Shown: positions 23,330 through 35,804, counted from the whole stretch's first letter. The stretch is DNA of 63,251 bases, filler included, from Octopus bimaculoides (GCF_001194135.2; 6 parts of 6 records of this genome joined end to end with filler, not necessarily neighbours in it); one strand, 5' to 3'. A program made the numbers and translations. The notes: generated by a model not told the origin, from the sequence alone.

Positions 23330-24140
23330 TGTGTCCGAACTGCATTCAAGAAGTTTCTGACTGTATTTTTCCCGCCAAATCTAATGCTGCTTGGGCAAAA
23401 TCCTTTGAGTAGGTAATGATGCCACCCTTCCTGTGCATGTATGAAAATTTTCGCGCTGGTAGGCCGCATCAGTTCCCAGATGTTATGCCTAGAGTACAGA
23501 CATAATAGTGCATGCTCGTGGGATTTTTGTTTTCATGCAAGATGACCGAATGCGTCGAGCAGAGAGACAATAAACCCATGTCTCATCATCAATGATGATG
23601 GTCTTCGTGAAGTCTGTATCGTGGTTTGCACAGTCCAGCATATCCTGAGTGATTATCATATGGAGTTGGTTCTGCTGCTCTGTCAGCACTTTTCATTGAC
23701 ACTCTCTCCAAGCACAAATCCTTCATTAAAATGAAAAACGCTGATCCTGTGCTTATTCCTACTTCGTTGGGAATAATTGCCTGGATTGTTACACAACGGT
23801 CTTCTATGACTATTCACCAAACCTTCTTAATTGACTCCTTGCTTCGGCTTGTAAATGGTGTGCCTCACTCTCCACTGAGGTGCGGCCATGTTTGAAGCAG
23901 TTGTACTACTCCTTGATCTGAGTTTTGTTCATGGTATCATCGCCAAAAGCCTACTAAATCTTTTGGGTGGTTTGAGCTTGAGAATTATCAAGCTTTTGGT
24001 AAAATTTGATGCAATATCACTGCTCGATGTGTTCGGTGAAGACGAAAATCAGACGAGCACGCACTACATGGGTGTACTCTAGGCCTAACAGCCAGGAACT
24101 GATGTGGCCTACTGGCGTGAAAACTTTCATACGTTAAGAT
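23330..24140 (-). mobile_element. Internally deleted mariner element with about 90-bp subterminal inverted repeats
   Basis: Minus-strand LTEQQNQLH..TQDMLDCANHDTDFTKTIIIDDETWVY (DETW motif); 23437-23520 is the reverse complement of 24047-24135. Confidence 0.8.
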
Positions 24141-24169
24141 CACCAGCATTCTCTCATACACACACACCT

Positions 24170-24430
24170 TCGTTTTGGGATCACTACTTCTTTGTTATTT
24201 CCCCTTCTTCTTAACTCTCCTGTGTGACCCTTCTGTCTGGCATTCGCCATGATAGATCGCTGACCACTACACATATTTCTTTCTCTCCTTGTTTCTTTCT
24301 GTGTTCCTTTCTGTGGAAGAGCGTAGGCTCGAAACGTTAAAGACTTTCTCTACTCCCGAGCGTTTTACTAATAAATCCATTTGTTGTTTACACCACCTGT
24401 CTTCGTCTGTTGTTTTTTCATGAATTCTCC
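24170..24430 (+). mobile_element. Hammerhead family B short element (PLE pseudo-LTR-like)
   Basis: Contains cttt-CTGTGGA-a-GAGC-gtag-GCTC-GAAAC-GTT-aaag at 24307-24342; 3' end abuts (TA)n/(CA)n; inverted second copy at 32053-32246. Confidence 0.7.
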
Positions 24431-24453
24431 TATACATATATACATATATATAA

Positions 24454-24532
<79 letters not shown>

Positions 24533-25821
24533 GGATGGGTGGTGTACCTCGAATCCAAAGGATTTTGCCACGTAACATTAGTTTTGGCGGGAAAAATAAA
24601 ATCAGATACTTTGAACACGTCAGCCAACATAGGACAACCTTTATTATTTCTTTCACGGACAGAAAAAGGCCAACTCATGTATTTAGAGCATTACACTAAT
24701 GAATATAAAAAAGCAAAAACAAAAAAAAAACTATAAGTTAAATATGTCTTCATGGGCAAAAGAGGTGTAGACATAGGACTTCTGAAGATGAATCTAAATA
24801 CATTTTATATCAGATTAAGTCAGTTCCCCCTTTTCACTCTGTAGAAGAAATGGCAACATTGTTTGCCTTTGTCAAAGTCTCTCAATATTGCCTAAAAAGA
24901 AAGTTAATGCAATGCCAATTAATTAAAGATATATAAGAAACATAATTTCAGTTTCTCCAATTATACAAGTTATTCTATATTGATGTAATTATCCATTTGA
25001 AAACTATTGATATTTTGTTTGTATTAAGAAGTGAGGAGGAGAAAAAGAGAGAATGTGTGTTGAGGGAGGGGAGTATATGTACTTCTTTCAAAATTACTTG
25101 AAGTGTTTACTTCTAATAACAGGATGATTAGTGGTGTACACTCACACACACACACACGTCTATCATCTTCATCATCATCATCATCATCTTTGTTTCAATG
25201 TACACTTTTCTATGCTTGAATGAAGACATTTGTTTTAGATTCCTACACCTTGATGCTCTTCCTGTTGTTAACCCTCACTTGTTTCCAAGTGAAGTATATT
25301 TCTCTATGATTGGACATGTTTACATGGAAGATTGGAAATAAATGACAATATTTGTTTGATGATAATAGTCATTTACAAGCTATTTCACAATGTCAAGTTG
25401 AAGAAGCACAAACACACACATACACACTCACACATTATATTACCTTCTTCTTCAATGTATATATCCTTCACCTGATATGGGTCTTACATTATTTATTGAC
25501 TGTGTTACCTTCAAGCACCATTTTTAATTATCTTAATGAAAAAAATCATCCTAGTCTAATATTCCTTTTATATTTCTGTCTTCTGCCTGTCAGCTAGTTA
25601 CAATGAGTAGGTGATGACAAAACATCACAGCCAAAAATATGAGTTTTACATCCCTGCACCAAAAGCATATATACATATATGTATATGTATGGATGTATGT
25701 ATATATACACATAATATTGTGAGACTCACCACAGATATTATACATCTGTTATAATGGAATTGTATGACCTAGGATATTCAACAAAGAATATGTATATATA
25801 TATGTATATATATATATGTGT

Positions 25822-25980
25822 GTGTGTGGTAAGTAGTTTGCTTGCCAACCACATGGTTCTGGGTTCAGTCCCACTGCGTGGCACCTTGGGCAAGTGTGTT
25901 CTAATATAGCCCCGTGCCGACCAAAGCCCTGTGAGTGGATTTGGTAGATGGAAACTGAAAGAAGCCCGTTGTGTATATAT
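25822..25980 (+). mobile_element. SINE family S1 head and CORE-like part
   Basis: gtgtggtaagtagtttgcttgccaaccacatggttctgggttcagtcccactgcgtggcaccttgggcaagtg. Confidence 0.85.
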
Positions 25981-25981
25981 C

Positions 25982-26026
<45 letters not shown>

Positions 26027-26137
26027 NNNNNNNNNNNNNNNNNNNNNNNNNNNNNNNNNNNNNNNNNNNNTTAATTAATTAANNNNNNNNNNNNNNNNNN
26101 NNNNNNNNNNNNNNNNNNNNNNNNNNTATATGCCTAC

Positions 26138-26208
26138 GGGCATATGGCGTAGTGGTTAAGAGCGCGGGCTACTAACCCCAAAATTCCGAGTTCGATTCCA
26201 GGCAGTGA

Positions 26209-26239
<31 letters not shown>

Positions 26240-26458
26240 GATGATGGTAATAATAATAATAATGATAATAATAACATCGAAAAATACCTTAGGAATGAGA
26301 ACCCAGGTTCGAAATTTCCCCAAGACACCTGATGAAGGCTGGAGGGTATATCAGCCGAAACGTTGTGTTAACAACAAACACAGTTGAGGACAAATATCTG
26401 TTAAATGTAAATAATGTAAATAATGTACATAATTCCTCATCTCTTAAATATAGAACTG
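26138..26458 (+). mobile_element. tRNA-headed short element with hammerhead-like fold (family A, most complete copy)
   Basis: A box TGGCGTAGTGG (26145-26155), B box GTTCGATTCC (26190-26199), (AAT)n, then gacac-CTGATGA-a-GGCTG-N10-CAGCC-GAAAC-GTT-gtgtt (26324-26369) and a tail with aatgtaaat repeats. Confidence 0.75.
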
Positions 26459-26692
26459 AGGTATCTTGGTGTTTTATAACTATGCCGGATACTGAACACT
26501 AAGATGAAAGAGAAAATTTCTTCTGAATATACCAGAAAAGTCAAAAAGTGATGTAGGTCTAAACTAAATGGAGGGCGCTTGATTAGAGTCATAACACCTG
26601 AGTTGTAAGTGTGATTAATATTCTTGCGTGAAAAGGTGAAAACATCAATAACTCAATTTAGAGGGTGATAATTATAACAACAACGACAGTAA

Positions 26693-26743
<51 letters not shown>

Positions 26744-26967
26744 CAATAGTAGCAGCAGTAGTAACAACAACAAAAACAATAATAATATTGGCCAATGCTA
26801 GCGATTTTAGGGAGATGGATTAGTCGATTACATTGAGATCAGTAGTTTCTCTAAATGATGACTGTCTAAGTTGAACTTAGACAGTCTTGAACTTAGGCGT
26901 GATTTGAACTCAGATTATATTGAACCGGAACACATACAGCATGACATTTAGTCTGATGCTCTTACGA

Positions 26968-27199
26968 TTCTTATTTCTTTACTGCCCACAAGGGGCTACA
27001 CACAGAGGGGACAAACAAGGACAGACAAAGGGATTAAGTCGATTATATCGACCCCAGTGCGTAACTAGTACTTATTTAATCGACCTCGAAAGGATGAAAG
27101 GCAAAGTCGACCTCGTCGGAATTTGAACTCAGAACGTAGCGGCAGACGAAATACCGCTGAGCATTTCGCCCGGCGTGCTAACGTTTCTGCCAGCTCGCC
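26968..27199 (-). mobile_element. Full-length tRNA-derived SINE family S2 (possibly the octopus OK family; naming not verified)
   Basis: Minus strand ggcgagctggcagaaacgttagcacgccgggcgaaatgc...gagttcaaattcc...gactttgcctttcatcctttcgaggtcgattaaataagtac...ggggtcgatataatcgact...ccttgtgggcagtaaagaaataa. Same family at 35103-35309, 50291-50520, 58842-59035 and 48700-48895. Confidence 0.88.
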
Positions 27200-28602
27200 A
27201 CCGATTCTGACAGCTCACTGATTTATTCTTGACCAGTTTTCATGAATCTGATACAGAAACATGTGCCAGTGCACAAAGCCAAATTCTATAAAAGCATAGG
27301 TTGGAGCTAGTAAGGAAAGCGAGTCAAATTCTGGTGAAACAGGAATCCTTTGATTAGATCAGTTCTCCTTACAACTCTAACTATTTTCTGTTCCTCTGGG
27401 TTTGTCTAGTATTCGATGTGACTCGTAGCAAATGTTTCTGAGAGTATTTTGTTTTTAGCCGGAGTATTTTGATTCTCAATCAGCAACATTCTATTCTTTT
27501 CTGTTTTTATACTCTGGCCTCGTCTTAACGTAATTCATTTTCTCACATCCGTTCGACACCCACTTACGTTCAAGAAGTCCATCAAATCCTATTTAGATAT
27601 TTTCACCACGGCATGTGGTGCCATCATGATGGAAATGTATTCTGTATCCTTTTTGTTTGGAAGCATTCTTACATTTGGACCTCTCGTCTATTTCTTTCTT
27701 CTTTTAACTATTTCTACTGTCCTCAACAGGCTTCTGCACTTCTCCAGTTACCATTGCCTTATCATTGAAAGTCGATGGAGAACGATTAATGAAAGGAACG
27801 ATCTTGGGTTCTTGATCCTAGACCTTATAAGCGTTTTCATTGGTGAATTCCTTATTGCGTTCCTGTTCGTTTTTATTTGTTTTTGTTTTTCCGTTAGTTT
27901 GACGAAATACGTATGTTTATGTTATTACTCCTGCAATGGTTTGTAATGTTAATCGCGTTATTGAATGTGCTATTTTTTATTATCAAAGCATGTTTTCTTC
28001 TTTTGTTTGCTTGTTTGTTTGTTTATTCCTGCATTTCTTATAGTCATGCTATTTGCTTACAAATGTAATGAAAAAACAACATTTTTTTGTTTATGACTTT
28101 CAAACATTTTCCTCCTCAAACGGAGGAAAGTATAACAGAGGCAATTCTTCCTTATATCAAAGTCAAATATCTACATTAAAATACATTTTCCCCACATTAT
28201 TTCACTTGTCAAAAATTCAGAGTTTTGAGGAAACCGAAACGAAACTTACTTTAGGAGCGCTTATGTAGTGAATCGGTTAGTCAACTTAACACAACAGCGA
28301 AGCAAAAACGGCAACGACAGTAACATTAACAATACTTTTCCTTTCTGTTAATTGACTCTCATAAATTTAAGATATAGGACAGCCTCGTCCCTCTTTTCTT
28401 TAATTCTGAAAGAAATCACTGAAGGTAATCAAATTATTTATCGTAAATAGAAAGATCCAACAGTCTCCAATTAGAGTGAGTGTGTGTTTCATGTTTTGAA
28501 GAAAAATATGAAATAATATGAATTAGGATATGTGTGGTTTCCATGCAATTAACATTTTTGCCATTTCTTCTTTTCAGCTTTTGTGATTAGATCTCTTTTA
28601 CA

Positions 28603-29031
28603 CTTTTACTCTTTTACTCTTTTACTCTATTACTTGTTTCAGTCATTTGACTGCGGCCATGCTGGAGCACCGCCTTTAGTCGAGCAAATCGACCCCCAGC
28701 ATTTATTCTTTGTAAGCCTAGTACTTATTCTATCGGTCTCTTTTGCCGAACGGCTAAGTTACGGGGACGTAAACACATCACCATTGGTTGTCAAGCGATG
28801 TTGGGGGGGGGGCGACAAACACAGTCACAGAAACTTATACACACACTTAGATATATATACATATATACGACGGGCTTCTTTCAGTTTCCGTCTACCAAAT
28901 CCACTCCCAAGGCTTTGGTCGGCCCGAAGCTATAGTAGAAGACACTTCCCCAAGGGGCCACGCAGTGGGATTGAACCCGGAACCATGTGGTTGGTAAGCA
29001 AGCTACTTACCACACAGCCACTCCTGTGCCT
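28603..29031 (-). mobile_element. Full-length SINE family S1
   Basis: Reverse complement of 5917-6346, head to tail. Confidence 0.9.
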
Positions 29032-29299
29032 CATTATTATTTGTTTCACATTTTTTCTGCTAACGATTAATGTATCTTAAGTAAAATTCATTAGAATGTT
29101 ATCATTTTAGCTAAATTTGAGAGGGGGGTGTCGGGGCAATACTAAATCGATTTCATATTACTAGTTGATGTGAGGAAGTGTTGATCTAGGGTCTTCATAC
29201 TGGAAAAAAGATACCGCTAAGAAAAGATAAAACTCGAACCTAGCTGAGTATTTATGGAAGCACACACATACACACGCATACACACAAACACATACATAC

Positions 29300-29835
29300 A
29301 TACACACACACACAAATATGAATTAGAAGCAGCGTGCGTGTTGTAAACATTATCGAAAACACATACACAATGAATGTAACTTTGTTGTTCGCCGATCGGC
29401 TGCGACTTGACGCTATGGAGATGACTCTTTCAAAGCCCAAGTCCCATTCAGGAGCGATAGACTCCAAAGTTTTACTATTTTTGTGGCTTATCAATATCGC
29501 GTAGCTAAACCAAACTAGAGGCAAATTGAAATAGCCTGTCCACGACTATATGTAAAATGGTGTAAGAACCATCCGCTGGTATGCCCGAATGATACATACA
29601 TAGGAATAAATTGAAATATGAATTAGAAGCAGCGCCGGTGATGTAAACGTTATCGAACGCACATACACAATGTATGTGCTTTGCTTGTTCACTGGGTGGC
29701 TGTGATTTGACGAGGTAGGGATGACACTCTCTGTATCATAATCAAAGAGAGGGTCATCTTCACTGCGCCAAATCGCGGCCGACCGGTGAATTGGCAAAGC
29801 ACATACATTATATATGCTCGATGATATATATATAT
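29300..29835. repeat. Diverged local duplication; second unit is a MITE-like palindrome
   Basis: aaatatgaattagaagcagcg...tgtaaac.ttatcgaa..cacatacacaatg occurs near 29313 and 29614; 29645-29712 is an imperfect reverse complement of 29765-29830. Confidence 0.65.
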
Positions 29836-29897
29836 ATAGAGAGAGAGAGAGGGAAATAGATAGATAGATAGACAGACAGCCAAACAGACAGACAAAC

Positions 29898-29955
<58 letters not shown>

Positions 29956-29989
29956 ACAGACAGACAGACATACAGACAGACAGACAGAC

Positions 29990-30064
<75 letters not shown>

Positions 30065-30237
30065 TAGACAGACAGACAGACAGTCACACAGACAGACAGA
30101 CAGACAGATAGATAGATAGGTTTCTTTATTAGCCACANNNNNNNNNNNNNNNNNNNNNNNNNNNNNNNNNNNNNNNNNNNNNNNNNNNNNNNNNNNNNNN
30201 NNNNNNNNNNNNNNNNNNNNNNNNNNNNNNNNNNNNN

Positions 30238-30281
<44 letters not shown>

Positions 30282-30422
30282 TGTTGATACAAAGAGGAAA
30301 AATTAAGACTTAAAATATGAGTATATGCATATTTTTAATAATATTTAGCAGAAACAACGGAGTGACTTAAAGTCCGAGAGTTTCGTGCGTTGGCACTTAT
30401 CAAACTATGATAATAATATACA

Positions 30423-30462
<40 letters not shown>

Positions 30463-31058
30463 GCACACGCACACACGTACACACACGCACACACACGTAC
30501 ACACACACACACACACATATGATTCAATAAAAAGCAAGGGTGAAAGACAAGTATTGATATAAAGAAACAAACGTAGCATAATAACAGCAGCAAATGGCCT
30601 TTTATAAGAAGGAGCACTGGAAGAAGTTTTTTTCTTTTTTTTTCTTTTGTTGTCGGTACTGGCAGATTTCTATCAATTCACCCCTGGAAAATAACGGTGC
30701 CTTTTGCCCAAACCACGTTTTGCTTTTGCTAATTTTGTTGTTGTTGTTGTTATTGTTATTGTTGTTTCTTTACTTTTGTTTTCTCTTTTTGTTTTCATTT
30801 TTTTTTCCTTGGTGAGGTAGTAATAAGTATAATCAACTGAACCAGTAGATACCGCTGTGTTCTCTTACCATGATGCCAGATTTACGATAATTTTATAATT
30901 TATTCCGAAAATATCATATTGCACAAAGAGGGAGAAAAAGAGGGGAGTGAGGAGAGGGTAGAGTGAGGGAAGGTAGAAAATCAGAGAGAGGTGTCAGGAA
31001 GAGTGAGGTGAGAAAGGGGAGGAAATGTATAGTGAAACATTGGTCGTAAGAAACAAGA

Positions 31059-31117
<59 letters not shown>

Positions 31118-31145
31118 GAAGAAGAAGAAGAAGAAGAAGAAGAAT

Positions 31146-31330
31146 TTGGAAAGGAATATGTTCGGCGAAGGAACAACCTCAGAAGAAGTCTATCAGAACA
31201 GCGGACTCAGCACTCGAACAACTCTGGGCCCCTATAACAACTGAAGGGGTCACCCAGGCACTGCAAAAGCTAAGCAACTGGAAGGCACCCGGGTACGATA
31301 AGATCCCCAAATTATGGTTAATATACCTGA
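31146..31330 (+). mobile_element. Dong/R4-like pre-RT fragment after (AAT)n(AAG)n
   Basis: ITTEGVTQALQKLSNWKAPGYDKIPKLWLIYL (WKAPG.D.I..FWLK motif). Confidence 0.7.
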
Positions 31331-31499
31331 AAGGAACACATAAAATGTTGGCTCACGGAAAGGAAAGCTACCGTAATTCCCAAATCTATTAAAACGGTAA
31401 ACGCACAAAATTACAGACCGATAAATTAAGTTCACTGTGTGGCTCAGTTCATTGCATAAAAGAAGCAATACTTTGTTGAAAATATTGTCTGCCATTTCT

Positions 31500-31910
31500 A
31501 CGGTAGGTTAAAAATTAACATTTGTAAACCATTCTATGAAAAGGCTCTTAGTCATTCATGTCTTCCTCATTTCAATGCCAAATCAGAGGTAAATTAAACT
31601 TTGTATAACCCTTGAAAGCCTTAGATTTTCCCAGTAATACACGAGTTGGGGATTTAATTTCGTATCACCAGCGGCATTTCCTTCCAAAATAAGTATCAGA
31701 AAACTTTTTGTTTTTTGGTAGTTTTAAATCCTGGTGTTGATTTTTCATCTTGAGAAATAAAAGTTCTAGCATCGATTCTTTCTGAACAGCGGTGAGCTAT
31801 ACGTCCTCCAGAAAAGTGGAGCTTCTTTAACCGGAGTTTCATCAACGTTGTATACTTGCTTTGAGGTGTTGAGTCCTTCAACAATAATTTTCTTCAAATG
31901 CAGAGGGTAA
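31500..31910 (-). mobile_element. Tigger/pogo-like transposase fragment
   Basis: RTFISQDEKSTPGFKTTK, then LEGNAAGDTKLNPQLVYYWENLR, matching recalled RTFISKEEK.APGFK...GNA.GD.KLKPLLVYHSENPR. Confidence 0.8.
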
Positions 31911-31954
31911 TTAGTAGCAGTTGCTGTTGGTGGTTGTGTTCATGTTGCTGACAG

Positions 31955-31993
<39 letters not shown>

Positions 31994-32052
31994 GGTATGT
32001 ATGTATGTCTGTATGTATGTATATATGTATGTATATATATATATATGTATAT

Positions 32053-32246
32053 ATATATATAGGGAGAATTCACAAAAAAAACAAAAGACGAAGACAGGTG
32101 GTGTAGAAAACAAAAAGATGTATTAGTATAACACTCGGGAATTGAAATAGTCTTTAACGTTTCGAGCCTACGCTCTTCCACAGAAAGAAAAAAGGAGAGG
32201 AACAAACAGAGAAAAAATGTGTGTAGTGGTTAGCGATCTATCATGG
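32053..32246 (-). mobile_element. Hammerhead family B short element, second copy (5' part in gap)
   Basis: 32152-32187 is the exact reverse complement of 24307-24342; flanks align with some divergence. Confidence 0.75.
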
Positions 32247-33109
32247 NNNNNNNNNNNNNNNNNNNNNNNNNNNNNNNNNNNNNNNNNNNNNNNNNNNNNN
32301 NNNNNNNNNNNNNNNNNNNNNNNNNNNNNNNNNNNNNNNNNNNNNNNNNNNNNNNNNNNNNNNNNNNNNNNNNNNNNNNNNNNNNNNNNNNNNNNNNNNN
32401 NNNNNNNNNNNNNNNNNNNNNNNNNNNNNNNNNNNNNNNNNNNNNNNNNNNNNNNNNNNNNNNNNNNNNNNNNNNNNNNNNNNNNNNNNNNNNNNNNNNN
32501 NNNNNNNNNNNNNNNNNNNNNNNNNNNNNNNNNNNNNNNNNNNNNNNNNNNNNNNNNNNNNNNNNNNNNNNNNNNNNNNNNNNNNNNNNNNNNNNNNNNN
32601 NNNNNNNNNNNNNNNNNNNNNNNNNNNNNNNNNNNNNNNNNNNNNNNNNNNNNNNNNNNNNNNNNNNNNNNNNNNNNNNNNNNNNNNNNNNNNNNNNNNN
32701 NNNNNNNNNNNNNNNNNNNNNNNNNNNNNNNNNNNNNNNNNNNNNNNNNNNNNNNNNNNNNNNNNNNNNNNNNNNNTTCACTTTTTTAGAAAAAGATTAT
32801 CAAAAGTCTTTGAGAATAATAAAAAATGTTAAAAAACAGTCTGAGTATTAAAATGCATATATACATTCTTTGATGATAAAATATATTTAAAGTATAAAGC
32901 TTTGTATGAACTTTGTAGTGTTACATACTGATTGTCACACATTCTCTGATATTAAGGTGAAATTGTTAAAAACAGTGTTAAAAACAGTGTATGAAAATAC
33001 ACATATGGAAAAATACATATACATATTCTTATACATATTCTTTGACAATCGAATAAAATTGAGAAGGAACTGACCTGGCCTTTTTCTCTTGTGTATATAG
33101 GTATGTGTG

Positions 33110-33280
33110 TGTTTGTGTGCTGGTGTGTTTACGGGCTCGTAATCAAGCGGTTCGGCAAAAGAGATCCGATAGAATAAGTACTAGGCTTACAAAGAATAAG
33201 TTCTGGGGTCAATTTGCTCGACTAAAGGCGGTGTTCCAGCATGGCCGCAGTCAAACTGAAACAAGTAAAAGAGTAAGAGT
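33110..33280 (+). mobile_element. SINE family S1 tail
   Basis: gcggttcggcaaaagagatccgatagaataagtactaggcttacaaag...ccagcatggccgcagtc. Confidence 0.85.
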
Positions 33281-34094
33281 ATATAGTTTGATCTTAACTA
33301 AAACGCAAGTGGCCATTAATTTCCGTAAGAGCAAAATTACAAAACGTATCCCGAAATCAGAGGTCATACTTTACAATTTCCGTAAGGACGAAATTCCGTA
33401 AGATATGGTAGCTGTAACACGTATAATTATTATTAGAATACATTGACACATGTACCGAGTGAGTGAGAGTTAAGTATATGTGCATATATGTGTGCTTGAG
33501 AGAGAGAGAGACAGACAGAGAGAATGTCTGTGTGCATGTGCGTGTGTGTGTATGTGTGAGTGTGTGGTGTGTGTGAGTGTATGTGTGTGTGTGTGTTTTA
33601 TGAGAGTGAGAGAGTAATAGATAGGCAGTTAGATAGCCAACTAAATAGCTATATGATTAATGGATAGATAGATAGACAGACAGATAGATAGATAGATAAA
33701 CAGACTGACAGACAGATGGTTGGATACATATATATATATATNNNNNNNNNNNNNNNNNNNNNNNNNNNNNNNNNNNNNNNNNNNNNNNNNNNNNNNNNNN
33801 NNNNNNNNNNNNNNNNNNNNNNNNNNNNNNNNNNNNNNNNNNNNNNNNNNNNNNNNNNNNNNNNNNNNNNNNNNNNNNNNNNNNNNNNNNNNNNNNNNNN
33901 NNNNNNNNNNNNNNNNNNNNNNNNNNNNNNNNNNNNNNNNNNNNNNNNNNNNNNNNNNNNNNNNNNNNNNNNNNNNNNNNNNNNNNNNNNNNNNNNNNNN
34001 NNNNNNNNNNNNATATATGTATATACATATATATATAAATATACAGAGGGAGAGAGAAAGAGACAGACGGACAGAGACAGACATATAGACGGAC

Positions 34095-34165
<71 letters not shown>

Positions 34166-34944
34166 GTGATAAATAGAAGGGTACAACAGGCTGTTGAACT
34201 CAAAGACTCCGTCATGGGTACAGTTTATGTGTATTCCGTCCCTCCGTCCTTCTGTCTGCATCTTGAGAGAGAAAATGTTTTTTTCATACACAGCTAAGGA
34301 AGGATGAATGGACAAACATACTGATTTACTTTGTCAAGCCAGTTAGACTAACTGATGGCCTTTGTCAGCAGATGTGGAGAAACAGCAATACGGTTGAAAT
34401 TATTTTATTTGCAGAACAAACAGACTAGAATGATTTGCATGTGTGCAGAACTCGACCCGATTAACCATTTATGGATCCACAAGGGATATCATGAAATACC
34501 TGAAAACTCCTTTGATCGGTCATTGCACCAGAATGAATCCGTGGTTGTCCTTGTATGTATAAAATATAAACACACGCACACGTAATAGCGCACACATGTT
34601 CAAGTACACAAGCATAAGCAAAATATAATCACATACACACGCGCATTTGAAGTATATGCGTTTCCGTATGTATATGTATACGAATATATAGACATATATA
34701 TAAATATACACACACACACGTAAATGGGGAGGAGCGTGTGCGTACACTTGTGTAGAGGGAAAGAAAGGATATTACTGAATGCTCAATGTAAAGTGTCAAA
34801 ATATATTTATATAAAATATGTATGAGTCACAAAATTTGGAAACGGAAATAATACCCCGACCTCGGATGACACTGAGTAGCCCAAACTGTGCCAGTGTTTT
34901 ACAGAACACTTCAACACATTCATCGACGTATACCCATGAGTCCA

Positions 34945-35095
34945 GGCGTTGCTGTGTGTGTAAGAAGCTTGCTTGCCAACCACATAGTTCCAGGTTCAGT
35001 CCTATTGCGTGGAGACTTGGCCAAGTGTCTTCTACTATAGCCTCGGGCCGACCAAAGTCTTGTGAATGGATTTGGTAGAAGCCCATTGTATATAT
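34945..35095 (+). mobile_element. SINE family S1 head
   Basis: aagcttgcttgccaaccacatagttccaggttcagtcc...cttggccaagtgtcttctactatagcctcgggccgaccaaag. Confidence 0.8.
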
Positions 35096-35102
35096 GTGTG
35101 TG

Positions 35103-35309
35103 TTATTTCTTTACTACCCACACAGAGGGAACAAACAAGGACAGACAAACGGATTAAGTCGATTACATCGACCCCAGTGCATAACTGATACTTATTTAAT
35201 CGACCTCGAAAGGATGAAAGGCAAAGTTGACCTCGGCGGAATTTGAACTCAGAACGTAGCGGCAGACGAAATACCGCTAAGCATTACACCCGGCATGCTA
35301 ACGTTTCTG
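35103..35309 (-). mobile_element. SINE family S2 (head cut by gap)
   Basis: Near-identical to 26968-27190. Confidence 0.85.
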
Positions 35310-35722
35310 NNNNNNNNNNNNNNNNNNNNNNNNNNNNNNNNNNNNNNNNNNNNNNNNNNNNNNNNNNNNNNNNNNNNNNNNNNNNNNNNNNNNNNNNNNN
35401 NNNNNNNNNNNNNNNNNNNNNNNNNNNNNNNNNNNNNNNNNNNNNNNNNNNNNNNNNNNNNNNNNNNNNNNNNNNNNNNNNNNNNNNNNNNNNNNNNNNN
35501 NNNNNNNNNNNNNNNNNNNNNNNNNNNNNNNNNNNNNNNNNNNNNNNNNNNNNNNNNNNNNNNNNNNNNNNNNNNNNNNNNNNNNNNNNNNNNNNNNNNN
35601 NNNNNNNNNNNNNNNNNNNNNNNNNNNNNNNNNNNNNNNNNNNNNNNNNNNNNNNNNNNNNNNNNNNNNNNNNNNNNNNNNNNNNNNNNNNNNNNNNNNN
35701 NNNNNNNNNNNNNNNNNNNNNN

Positions 35723-35773
<51 letters not shown>

Positions 35774-35804
35774 TCACATATACTGTTATTCTGTTATTTT
35801 TGTC

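Noticed and set aside
26138-26210. Possible tRNA genes (this head and the S1, S2 and S3 heads)
   Set aside because: They have A/B boxes but no complete acceptor stem, and continue into repeat bodies; treated as SINE heads.
27200-27850. Possible APE-type LINE remnant on the minus strand
   Set aside because: No diagnostic motif could be read with confidence.
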